In this document: positions 36,282-44,917 of the stretch, piece by piece
Layout of the letters: each line of letters begins with the position of its first letter
Numbering within the stretch: position 1 is the first letter of the stretch
Origin: a virus
Taxonomy: Duplodnaviria > Caudoviricetes
Reading direction: 5' to 3' (one strand)
Virus record (IMG/VR): IMGVR_UViG_3300021197_001241
Coordinates: 1-62,606 of that record
DNA: 62,606 nucleotides
The notes under the pieces: model-generated
The model's input: only the letters and a program-made list of their open reading frames with translations
Databases searched by the model: none
What the model was told of the DNA's origin: nothing
Translations under genes and position numbers: made by a program

Positions 36282-37064
36282 TTAGCTTCCTGTTAGCTCG
36301 TTAAAGGCTGCTAAAACATTTGGAGTATCTTCGTCCACCACTAAGCTGGGAGTCTCAGAACCTGCTGAGGCTTCTTCATCTCCAGAAATGTGACCGATAT
36401 ATCCGTCAAGTGCTGCCTGCACCTCTGCTGCGCTTTTTACAACAAAGTTAGTATCAAAGGACGGGATGCTTTCTAGCAATCGGTTACACTCCGCATCTCC
36501 GCCTACAGCGTCATCGCACAGAACACTTGTTCGACGACGAGGCGTTAAGGTTGTTTTTGGATATTGTGCGCCGGGTGGCTTTCCGTATGTCATGTTGAGG
36601 TCTGTACCGTCTTCAATGTCTGTAATATCTCCATATTCCGGGTTAAGCACCAAGTTTAGCAAAGAAGTGTATGCTTCCTTACCATAACCCCAGATGCGAA
36701 TGCCTTCTGCTTCTTCGCCTCGGACCAAGACTGGTGAAAAGAAACGCTGGCGAGGTGTCAGATCTTTTGCTTTGTTGCGAATATCTTGATCCTGCGTTTC
36801 GTTAAACTCTTTCCACAGCTCGTCTTTGAAATTGCAGATAGGACAATCATCTCCGTGGTTTTTCTTTGGACACAGAAGACCACCTTTCTGATCTGGTCCT
36901 AGATTGTAGTGGAACCAGTAATCCTTGAAGGGGTCGCCATCCTGCGTTGGGACAATTCGGATTGTTTGGTTACCGTCTTTTGGTCGCCAGAAAGATCCTC
37001 CAGCTTTACCGTTGTTTTTTACGCCGTCTAAGCGTGCTCGAATTTTTGCAATGTCTAATGCCAT
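36282..37064 (-). CDS. T4 gp32-like single-stranded DNA-binding protein
   Basis: FWRP...IRIVP, H/C zinc ligands (WFHY, LCP, CPIC), YGDITD..GTDL, acidic tail; AGGAG SD before MALDIAK. Confidence 0.85.
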   Translation of the reverse strand: MALDIAKIRARLDGVKNNGKAGGSFWRPKDGNQTIRIVPTQDGDPFKDYWFHYNLGPDQKGGLLCPKKNHGDDCPICNFKDELWKEFNETQDQDIRNKAKDLTPRQRFFSPVLVRGEEAEGIRIWGYGKEAYTSLLNLVLNPEYGDITDIEDGTDLNMTYGKPPGAQYPKTTLTPRRRTSVLCDDAVGGDAECNRLLESIPSFDTNFVVKSAAEVQAALDGYIGHISGDEEASAGSETPSLVVDEDTPNVLAAFNELTGS

Positions 37065-37135
37065 GCTTTTTCTCCTGTTGTTGTTGTTTTTTGCCACTAT
37101 TGGCTAAAGTCAGAGCGACAAATATCTCGCTCTGC
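37065..37135 (-). promoter_or_regulatory. structured 5' leader of the SSB gene
   Basis: hairpins CAGAGCGA/TCGCTCTG and GCCA/TGGC followed by unstructured AAAAAACAACAACAAC-AGGAG. Confidence 0.5.
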
Positions 37136-37160
37136 TGGGTTGTTAAAATCTAATATTAAT

Positions 37161-37988
37161 TTATTTTTGAATATGAGGCGTGCGGGAAATTACATATCCG
37201 ATATCTGCTTCGTATTCTACTGGATATACTGCATATGTAATTTCAACGTTTTCCTCTTTTTTTGAATCGATTTGTTTTTTAATTGTTTTCATTAAACTCT
37301 TATCTGTCTTTAACTTTTTCTCACTTACTCCATAAATATAGCATTTACTTCTCGGTTTGTCAAGGGAAAAAAACAATTTTTCTTCATTTTTTTTCGTATC
37401 GAAGGCCCCGACTGTATATATGCGATGAGTTTCTTTTGCTTTTGGGATGCCTCCTGACACTGGTGATGTGTTGATAAAATAATTTAACATGTGAAGGGTC
37501 GGGACTAGGGTTTCGTTCAAGGCATCATGATATCCAATAATAGGAGCACCACCAATCATTTTGTCTATTTCAGCATTATTGATGATCATCATATTTTTGA
37601 AAATCCCCGAACGTGTGTACTCTTGCAAAACATTGTAGACAACTTTTTCAATCTTTTTTTGCCTTTCATTAAGCATGTCTATATCTGGCTTAATGTATAA
37701 GATTGAGATAGGATTGTTCTTGATATTTTCTAAGATCTTTAAAGACCCACAAGACACCTTCCCAGATCCACCAATGATACAAGTAGTTTCCCCCTTCAGT
37801 CCCTTAAAGAAAGATTTGATTTTTGGATAAGAATAAGATTCATAATCCTCTGCTTCTTCAAACTTAGATATATTATAACACCCCTTTCCAGAAATGTCAA
37901 CATCTATTTTAAAAATTTTATATTCAGAGTACTGCGAGAACACATCTGCAATATTACACCCTGCTGAACCTATACCTACAATATTCAA
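37161..37988 (-). CDS. divergent tubulin/FtsZ-family (PhuZ/TubZ-like) protein
   Basis: IVGIGSAGCNIA (T1 loop), FKIDVD, GGSGKVSCGS at the T4-loop position, IINN and LNE motifs. Confidence 0.7.
   Translation of the reverse strand: MNIVGIGSAGCNIADVFSQYSEYKIFKIDVDISGKGCYNISKFEEAEDYESYSYPKIKSFFKGLKGETTCIIGGSGKVSCGSLKILENIKNNPISILYIKPDIDMLNERQKKIEKVVYNVLQEYTRSGIFKNMMIINNAEIDKMIGGAPIIGYHDALNETLVPTLHMLNYFINTSPVSGGIPKAKETHRIYTVGAFDTKKNEEKLFFSLDKPRSKCYIYGVSEKKLKTDKSLMKTIKKQIDSKKEENVEITYAVYPVEYEADIGYVISRTPHIQK
37335..37363 (-). promoter_or_regulatory. intragenic sigma70-type promoter upstream of the SSB gene
   Basis: TTGACA-17 bp-TATATT with extended -10 TG inside the tubulin-like gene. Confidence 0.7.
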
Positions 37989-37989
37989 C

Positions 37990-39174
37990 TTATACCTCTA
38001 ACTTCTTAAGATTTCCGAAATTGGTTCCAACACTTATATTTACTTTAAAGTTGCCAAGATCTGTATGGGAAAAGATCTCTAAGAGTTCTGGCAATCTTTC
38101 TTTGTCTTCGACAGATAAGTCAAGTACAATAGAATCATGGATCGGGAAAGCAACATATGATTTGGTTCCTTTTAAATAATTAGATACTTTAATCATTTGT
38201 TTCAAAACATTTTCGGCACAAGTTGATTGAATGATATAATTCAACGCTGTTCTTTCCTGTGATTCTATTTCTTTTCCAAACGGTGTCGTTACCTTTGTGC
38301 CGTCGTAATATTTACCTACAATTGTCTCTCTATCATAAAACTTTTCACAAAGGCGATCTTTGCTTTCTGGGTTATAAAGCCAAGCGAAGATTCTTTTCTT
38401 TGCATCATCTCTGGATATGTTTCCTTTAAATATGTTTTCGACATTCCAAGCGTGCATGTCCTCTTGTGGCTGTTCTTTTCCAAGAAGGGATAATAAGGTT
38501 CTCAATTCTGCTGCGTTAAAGTCAAGCTCGACAAAGAAATCGTTCTTTGGTTTCACAATTGAACGAAACTCTTTATCCAAAGTCAAAATTGGAAAACTGT
38601 TTTTAATTGTTGTCAATCGACCGGTCTTAGTTCCCCACACGTTGAATTTACAATAAGGCTTGAGAGTCTTGAGAGTCTTTAAAAACTTTAAGTGTTTGAC
38701 TTTATAAAGCTTCAGCTCTCTTCTGTCAATGTTTAGCTTGTTGTGTTTGATTTCTTCAATTACTTTCACAAGCTCCAGAGTGTAATCGTAGTTTTTTGGC
38801 CTCTCGTATGTCTCAAATATGTGATCACAAATCAAATCTCTAATATAACACCACTCAAGTAAAAATTTACTTGGAACTAAATCGAAAAAACAGTTCTCAT
38901 CGAGCGATACACGCGATGTGTTAAAAGACTTGATAAATGACATGAATCTTTTTTCTGCTGCCTGTAAGCGGTCCTTTAAGGGCTCTGGACAGACTTGTTT
39001 AAGACTCATTCCTCCACAATATATTTTCGCGTACTGAATATCTTGATCTTTTAAGAAGGCAGAATATTCCCATGTTTTAGAAAGACCTGAAGGAAGCTCG
39101 TCATCAAAGCGAAGCTTCCCATCTAAATATATGCCGACGCAATCTTTCTTGTCGTCTAAAGTTTGAAATACCAA
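37990..39174 (-). CDS. minimal family A DNA polymerase (polymerase domain only)
   Basis: TKTGRL, motif A DFNAAELR, motif B RDDAKKRIFAWLY, NYIIQST, motif C IHDS; 394 aa with no recognisable exonuclease motifs. Confidence 0.8.
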   Translation of the reverse strand: MVFQTLDDKKDCVGIYLDGKLRFDDELPSGLSKTWEYSAFLKDQDIQYAKIYCGGMSLKQVCPEPLKDRLQAAEKRFMSFIKSFNTSRVSLDENCFFDLVPSKFLLEWCYIRDLICDHIFETYERPKNYDYTLELVKVIEEIKHNKLNIDRRELKLYKVKHLKFLKTLKTLKPYCKFNVWGTKTGRLTTIKNSFPILTLDKEFRSIVKPKNDFFVELDFNAAELRTLLSLLGKEQPQEDMHAWNVENIFKGNISRDDAKKRIFAWLYNPESKDRLCEKFYDRETIVGKYYDGTKVTTPFGKEIESQERTALNYIIQSTCAENVLKQMIKVSNYLKGTKSYVAFPIHDSIVLDLSVEDKERLPELLEIFSHTDLGNFKVNISVGTNFGNLKKLEV

Positions 39175-39181
39175 GGAGCCC

Positions 39182-40447
39182 TCAATAGATTGAATTAATT
39201 GAATTCATTACTATCATTTTAACATGTTCAGAGAAATTGTCAAGTACTTTTTCATCACTTTCTTCAAATTCTCTCTGCAATCTCTGATAAACAAGAGACG
39301 TAGGTGATAACCAAGGCATACTAAATTTTCGATTTATATAACTTTCTGAACTCTCTGTTTGGATCCTGACAGCGTTTCTCTTCATTGCTTCAACTTCTTG
39401 CTTGTCGAAATGATTTCCTGTTTCTTTATTTTTCATTTCGACATATTTGCCCGTCCAGTAAGAAGTTGGGAACAGGTTAGATATTACCAATTCGGACGGA
39501 GGTGTCATTTCAGAATCTTCACATCTTCTCCCATCACTGAAAAAAGTATTTTTTAGTGGAAGTCTGTCATAAAAAGTTCTGTAACCATAAAATATCGAAT
39601 CTACAACATCCTGTAATTCGCCTTCATAAGCTGGCGTGAAGTATTCATCAAACATGGATGACTTGAAATCTATCTTAACAAGAGGTGACGGCGGGTATTT
39701 ACCGACTATTACCGGAGAAGACAAATCTATATTCAGTCTCCACGGTATGTTTTTGTCGATTAAGAAACCTGAATTAATTGCGGCTTTTCTATAAAATTCG
39801 AAATTGGGAGATTCTATTATTTCCATTTTTACACGGTCGTCTGCTGGATTTAAATTTGCAATATTAATAGACAACCCTGACCCACCGCTTGGGCTGTTGC
39901 TTGACAAGTAAAAAGAACTCTTTAAAGCAATGTCCCTTCTTCGAAAATAAAATTTAAAAAACTCTTTTGTATAATCTTTGGGTCCAATTATTTTTTTATA
40001 TTTGCCTCCATTATATAAAAAATTATTAAATTTGTCCATCATCGAAATCATGTGATTTTGATACAGTGTTTCAGTATTTATAAAACCACGATGGGGAGTT
40101 GGGGATGTTAGGGGGGTGCCTTGTTCTAATTTTCCAAATTTTAAAGGCAACTTAAACAAAGATTTAAATTTATTAAAAGATTCTGCAACAAAGTCAAACA
40201 CCAGAATAGTACCTTGCTCCGCTTCAAGTTGAACCATATAGTCCACATTTGGTATAGCTGGTATAAAATTAGGATCCACTTTTCCATAAAAATAATCTTC
40301 AAAATTCCAGTAGTCCTTTACACCGGGTTTATTAAGTGTGGCAGTTTCTCCATCTGTGGACATTGCAAAAAACTTATATAAAAGCCTTCTGTGAAACAAA
40401 TCTGAAGATCCTAAATCATTATTGGCATCTAATCTATATTTTGACAT
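39182..40447 (-). CDS. hypothetical protein, probably baseplate/tail associated
   Basis: 421 aa at the end of the baseplate cluster; no recognised motif. Confidence 0.6.
   Translation of the reverse strand: MSKYRLDANNDLGSSDLFHRRLLYKFFAMSTDGETATLNKPGVKDYWNFEDYFYGKVDPNFIPAIPNVDYMVQLEAEQGTILVFDFVAESFNKFKSLFKLPLKFGKLEQGTPLTSPTPHRGFINTETLYQNHMISMMDKFNNFLYNGGKYKKIIGPKDYTKEFFKFYFRRRDIALKSSFYLSSNSPSGGSGLSINIANLNPADDRVKMEIIESPNFEFYRKAAINSGFLIDKNIPWRLNIDLSSPVIVGKYPPSPLVKIDFKSSMFDEYFTPAYEGELQDVVDSIFYGYRTFYDRLPLKNTFFSDGRRCEDSEMTPPSELVISNLFPTSYWTGKYVEMKNKETGNHFDKQEVEAMKRNAVRIQTESSESYINRKFSMPWLSPTSLVYQRLQREFEESDEKVLDNFSEHVKMIVMNSINSIY
39216..39243 (-). promoter_or_regulatory. intragenic sigma70-type promoter for the PolA-like gene
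   Basis: TTGACA-16 bp-TAAAAT with extended -10 TG. Confidence 0.6.
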
Positions 40448-40448
40448 T

Positions 40449-43400
40449 TTAATTACTCTCCGAAGTTGTGTAGTCTACAGAGTCCACAACTACTAGCGGT
40501 TCTGGTTCTGGATTAGCCTTGACTGCAACAACGCTGGTTGAAACTCCCGTAGTCGGATCCTTTGTCTCACCATCACCGGAGGTTTCGTAACGAGCGTTTA
40601 TCTTTGTATTAAATCCGGTTGTGCTGATCTCGTTTTCTACAGATGTAATTAAGTGGTATCCTCCTAATCCCATTATTTTAGAAAAAGTAAAATCTGGATC
40701 ATAAGATTTTCCTAATTGAGAAAATCTTTCACCTAAATTTATAAAAATTCTCTGGCCCGGAAAGAATAAAGTGTTACCAACCAAATCTATATTGACATCA
40801 AAGACATTTGATAAAATTGCAAAGCTGGTTGCACCTTCTTGGGTGAATCTTTGTTCTCTCAAGCCTTTTTGATCTGTTTTTTGAAAGTTTATTTTCTTTA
40901 AGATACCTTTAGCAGAACCTATATCTAAATGATACAATCCTTGTTGTGCATCTTTATCTCTTGAACCTTTATAATTTTGAGGATTTATTTTTAACACCTT
41001 TTTATCAAAAGATTCTGAAGATATAATAAGGGCGTGAGTGCAATTTTTTCTTTCGTTTTTTGAAGCTATTTTGGGAACAAACCCATAAGATAAATCCAAA
41101 TAGCTTTTTGCTATAGAAGATGCCATATCATTTTTAAAATCATATTCTTCTCCCAAAGATAGCTCTCCTAATTTTAAATTCTGATCTTTATTTGTAGTTC
41201 TAGCAAAATGTTCGAAAGGATCAAGCTGAGAAAATGGAACCTCTGGCTTTTCTTTTTTGAAATCTAGAAATCCCGTCTTTATAGTGATGTCTAGATTTTC
41301 TTCTCCGAAACAGTCTTCGAAAACATTAATGATGCAATAGCTCACCAAGTCTCGGATAAATTTCATTAATGAATAAGATGAAACGTTAAATTTAACAACT
41401 TTTTCAAAATAAAAGCTCATAAACAAGTCAACTGATATTGGTATATCTCCCATATTTATGGTTAGAACATTTTTGTTTGTTAAATCTTTTGGATCGTAAA
41501 GCAGGAAATCTGTTAAGACTATTCTTGTGTCATCTAAAAATTCTTGCTCTGAAGGATCTCTATTTTTTCCTTTCGCTGATAAACATTCTTGGGCTAGTGC
41601 CTCCACCAAATCTCCTAAAAAGAAATAATTTAAGATATACTCTCCCTTCTTTTCAACAGGGACAAATCTAGTATCTTCAGCAGCGGTTTCTTCACCACTT
41701 TCGACATCTTGTTTTATGCTGGCTATCTCATCAGACAAAGACTGAAAAGGATTATAACCAGCTTTAGGTCTATTGGAAGGCTCTACTATATTTGCAGATT
41801 CCAATAAATAATCTTCTTTTTTAAAGACTTCGGAGAACACACTTTTATTTTTCAAAAGAAATCCAATGAGGTTAGAATAGGCATTTTCTTTCGATGCCAT
41901 TCTTAGACTGTTAAGTCCGGTCTCTAATTGTCTTACTTTTTCTATACTTGAAATTTCAGAAGATTGCTCTTCCTTCAGTTCTTTTTCTAAATTATTTATT
42001 TGTTTTTGAGAAATCTCGCTAGGCTGCAAAATGTTTGTTTTTTTGTCATACAAAGATTGTTCCAATCTGGATTTATAATTTATTGTAAGCTCGAAGTGTC
42101 CTTCTTGATTAAATGCAATGTCGTAATCCGTCATTGCTAAAAACAAAGTTCTTATGCTATCATCAACGTCGTATCCTGACAATTTATCGGGTGACGCACC
42201 GGTCCAGCCGACATCAACACGGATATCAAATCTAGCGTCGGGATCATTTTCTTTTAATTTTTTTAATTCTTCTTTTGAAATTGTCAGCAAATCTAAAAGG
42301 CGATATGTCTTTCCGTTTTGTTCCCTTTGTGCAGTGAATTGCTCGAAGTCATTGAAAAACAAAATCAAAGTTGCGTCTATGTCATTCGAGTAAGTAAAAG
42401 GATCGGAACCAATGAATCTCCAATTAAACGACTTTACTCCATATTCTTGTGTGTATTTATTTTTAATCGGGTTTAAAAAATCCATTTTTGGATTTGTGTC
42501 TGCGACGTTATAGAAATTTGGAAATTTAAATTCTACTTCTTCGGTTTTACCATTTTGACTAACGATTTTATAAATCTTCAAATAAGGGAAAAGTCTGGCT
42601 ATCTCGTTAGGCTTTAGTTCCAAAATGCTTGAATCGGAGCCTTTCTTTGTCAATTTATTCAATGTTGCTGCTGAGTTTTTTGGATTGCTAACAAGCCTCG
42701 TATAATCATAATTAATAAGTTCATCGCCCTGTGTTATTGATTTTATCGCGTTTAATCTTTTTCTATTTGATTGCGCCAAATTATATATGTTTTTTATTAG
42801 TATACATTGTGGCTTTACTTTTATACCTCGGAGGACGGCTTGTTTTAATGCTTCTTTTTGTTCTGAAGAAAGCTGCTGGAAGTCTGGGTTTTCGTTTACT
42901 TCCCTCTTGACTGTCTCTAATATTTTCTCTAAAACTTTTTCTGCTTGTTGTCTACTCTGACTGTCTAAGCCAATTTCGTTTCTTCTATACGTTTGAGACG
43001 CAAATGATAATATTTTTACCGCAAAGAAAACCATAATAATTCGAGCAATTTCATTTGAAGTAAGTGCGTCAGTATTTATTTTTGATTCATAGGTCTCGAT
43101 AAACCTATTTATAAATTGTTTTTTTTCAGGATCACTGGAGAATTTTATATCTCCGGAGCGGAAGAAAGTAATAAAAGGGGCACTAACGCTTTGCCAATCC
43201 CTTTTGGAATTACCAGTGGCTTCGGGAGTTTCCTCAAAACTAAAAAAAGGCTTCATAGTGCCGGTTACATTTGCTGCTTTTATTGGAAAATAATATGGTT
43301 CGAGATTAAAATTTGTTGTATGATTAACAATCCCTAAACCTTCAGATCCGGCTAATAAAGAAACTTCTTTTTCTAAAGTAGGCTTATCAATTGTTGTTTG

Positions 43401-43832
43401 CGATATACTATCAATTGTTTGTCTGTACGCCCGTCCATCGGGTAGTTGAAAAAATTCGCCTCCAGCTGCTTCTTTTGCTGTGGTTTCAAAATAAAATTTA
43501 CCTTTAGTTAGATTCACTCTTCGAAGTTTATCTATGACTTTTGTCAAGTCATCTATTTTAATTTTTATCAGTTCTTCTACTCTGGGTACAACAATTTTAT
43601 TAATTACGTCGATTTCATATACAGTTGCGTCCTTTTCGGGGAACATACTGCTATTTTTAGGTCTCGGAGAAATAGAGGTTGAGCCAGCGAATTCAGCATC
43701 GATTTCTCGTAATCGACCTTGAAAACTTTTCAGCCCCTTTTGGAAGGCGGTCACATTTGAACTGAGACCGGTTGAGGGTATGGCAGCCCAAAGAGCTTTT
43801 ATTTCTTTTTCAGTTAAAGGTGCAAACGCCAT
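40449..43832 (-). CDS. large baseplate hub-like protein
   Basis: 1127 aa; C-terminal GNTLFFPGQ...GGYHLITSVENEI...FNTKINA typical of gp27/GPD-like hub proteins; follows the LysM-like gene. Confidence 0.65.
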   Translation of the reverse strand: MAFAPLTEKEIKALWAAIPSTGLSSNVTAFQKGLKSFQGRLREIDAEFAGSTSISPRPKNSSMFPEKDATVYEIDVINKIVVPRVEELIKIKIDDLTKVIDKLRRVNLTKGKFYFETTAKEAAGGEFFQLPDGRAYRQTIDSISQTTIDKPTLEKEVSLLAGSEGLGIVNHTTNFNLEPYYFPIKAANVTGTMKPFFSFEETPEATGNSKRDWQSVSAPFITFFRSGDIKFSSDPEKKQFINRFIETYESKINTDALTSNEIARIIMVFFAVKILSFASQTYRRNEIGLDSQSRQQAEKVLEKILETVKREVNENPDFQQLSSEQKEALKQAVLRGIKVKPQCILIKNIYNLAQSNRKRLNAIKSITQGDELINYDYTRLVSNPKNSAATLNKLTKKGSDSSILELKPNEIARLFPYLKIYKIVSQNGKTEEVEFKFPNFYNVADTNPKMDFLNPIKNKYTQEYGVKSFNWRFIGSDPFTYSNDIDATLILFFNDFEQFTAQREQNGKTYRLLDLLTISKEELKKLKENDPDARFDIRVDVGWTGASPDKLSGYDVDDSIRTLFLAMTDYDIAFNQEGHFELTINYKSRLEQSLYDKKTNILQPSEISQKQINNLEKELKEEQSSEISSIEKVRQLETGLNSLRMASKENAYSNLIGFLLKNKSVFSEVFKKEDYLLESANIVEPSNRPKAGYNPFQSLSDEIASIKQDVESGEETAAEDTRFVPVEKKGEYILNYFFLGDLVEALAQECLSAKGKNRDPSEQEFLDDTRIVLTDFLLYDPKDLTNKNVLTINMGDIPISVDLFMSFYFEKVVKFNVSSYSLMKFIRDLVSYCIINVFEDCFGEENLDITIKTGFLDFKKEKPEVPFSQLDPFEHFARTTNKDQNLKLGELSLGEEYDFKNDMASSIAKSYLDLSYGFVPKIASKNERKNCTHALIISSESFDKKVLKINPQNYKGSRDKDAQQGLYHLDIGSAKGILKKINFQKTDQKGLREQRFTQEGATSFAILSNVFDVNIDLVGNTLFFPGQRIFINLGERFSQLGKSYDPDFTFSKIMGLGGYHLITSVENEISTTGFNTKINARYETSGDGETKDPTTGVSTSVVAVKANPEPEPLVVVDSVDYTTSESN

Positions 43833-43833
43833 T

Positions 43834-44175
43834 TTAAACTCCGTATAGTTGTATGACAGCTTCGTAATCTATTGGTATCAAAATTTCATCACCGGGTTTT
43901 ACATGAGACTCTGTTGGCTTCTTGTTAAAAAGAGCGATGATCCACCAATAATCAACTCTGCCATACATCTCATAAGCCAATTTGTAGAACCTGTCTCCAG
44001 TTTTCCAAATGTATAGCTTTGATTGAATTGATTGTTTGTCAGAATTTGATACCTCATTATACTGCGGAGATGCGTACTGCACGAATCCGGTTTTGTTTTT
44101 CTTATCGAAAAACTCTTCGTATAACTTATTGTCATTTAAAAACTGTCTTCTACTTCTGTTTCTTTTATAGGCCAT
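43834..44175 (-). CDS. LysM-like baseplate wedge protein (gp53/TailX-like)
   Basis: WKTGDRFYKLAYEMYG...WWIIALFN...PGDEILIP. Confidence 0.8.
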   Translation of the reverse strand: MAYKRNRSRRQFLNDNKLYEEFFDKKNKTGFVQYASPQYNEVSNSDKQSIQSKLYIWKTGDRFYKLAYEMYGRVDYWWIIALFNKKPTESHVKPGDEILIPIDYEAVIQLYGV

Positions 44176-44195
44176 CTTTGTCTCTCTTAATATTA

Positions 44196-44912
44196 TTAGG
44201 AACTACCCGAAATCGATAAAGGTACTCCGTTTACATATAACTGCCCGTCTTTTAAATTAGAAAAATATATTTCTTTTGTCGCGTTAGTGGATCCAAATTT
44301 ATACACTCTCGCAGTCTTTGGCAAAGTGGTTGGAACGGTCACGTTATCTGAGTTTGTAGTTAAAAAATCCATACCCTGCAATTCTTCATTATTTGAAACC
44401 TCGAACCACCCTAAACTATATTCATGCAGCGGAATAACATTAAAAGTCAAAACAACAGCGTTTGGTGTAAGTGTGTTATCCTCGGTACTTGGTTTTCCTG
44501 ATACTGTCTCTGTTCTAAGAGATGTCTGATAATATCTTTCACCTCTTTCTACGCTAAGTGAATCTACTGCACAGAGCAGCCCTTTGCTTTCAGTAGATCT
44601 TAATAAATTTGCGAATTTTATTCTCACAAGGGGAGGATCTTTTAAGGAAAGAGCATTTTGATTATTATACGTGGGATATAGAGATCTTGCAATACCTTGA
44701 GCAACCATAATGTTGCCGTCTCCAGTTACTTTTAATTCAAAATTTAATTTTCTTCTTGTTCCAGAATATGATAAAATCGGATCCATTCTACCAAAAACTT
44801 CTTCGGCATTCCAGCTGGAATCAAAAGATTCAGAATAAACCTTCAAACCTACGCCTTCAAGCTGAAACTTTGCCTTTGTCGCAATATGTTCTACTGTAAA
44901 ATTTAAACCCAT
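44196..44912 (-). CDS. tail tube initiator/baseplate protein
   Basis: WNAEEVFGRMDPILSYSGTRR and PPLVRIKFANL; immediately after the tape measure gene. Confidence 0.7.
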   Translation of the reverse strand: MGLNFTVEHIATKAKFQLEGVGLKVYSESFDSSWNAEEVFGRMDPILSYSGTRRKLNFELKVTGDGNIMVAQGIARSLYPTYNNQNALSLKDPPLVRIKFANLLRSTESKGLLCAVDSLSVERGERYYQTSLRTETVSGKPSTEDNTLTPNAVVLTFNVIPLHEYSLGWFEVSNNEELQGMDFLTTNSDNVTVPTTLPKTARVYKFGSTNATKEIYFSNLKDGQLYVNGVPLSISGSS

Positions 44913-44917
44913 TCTTT

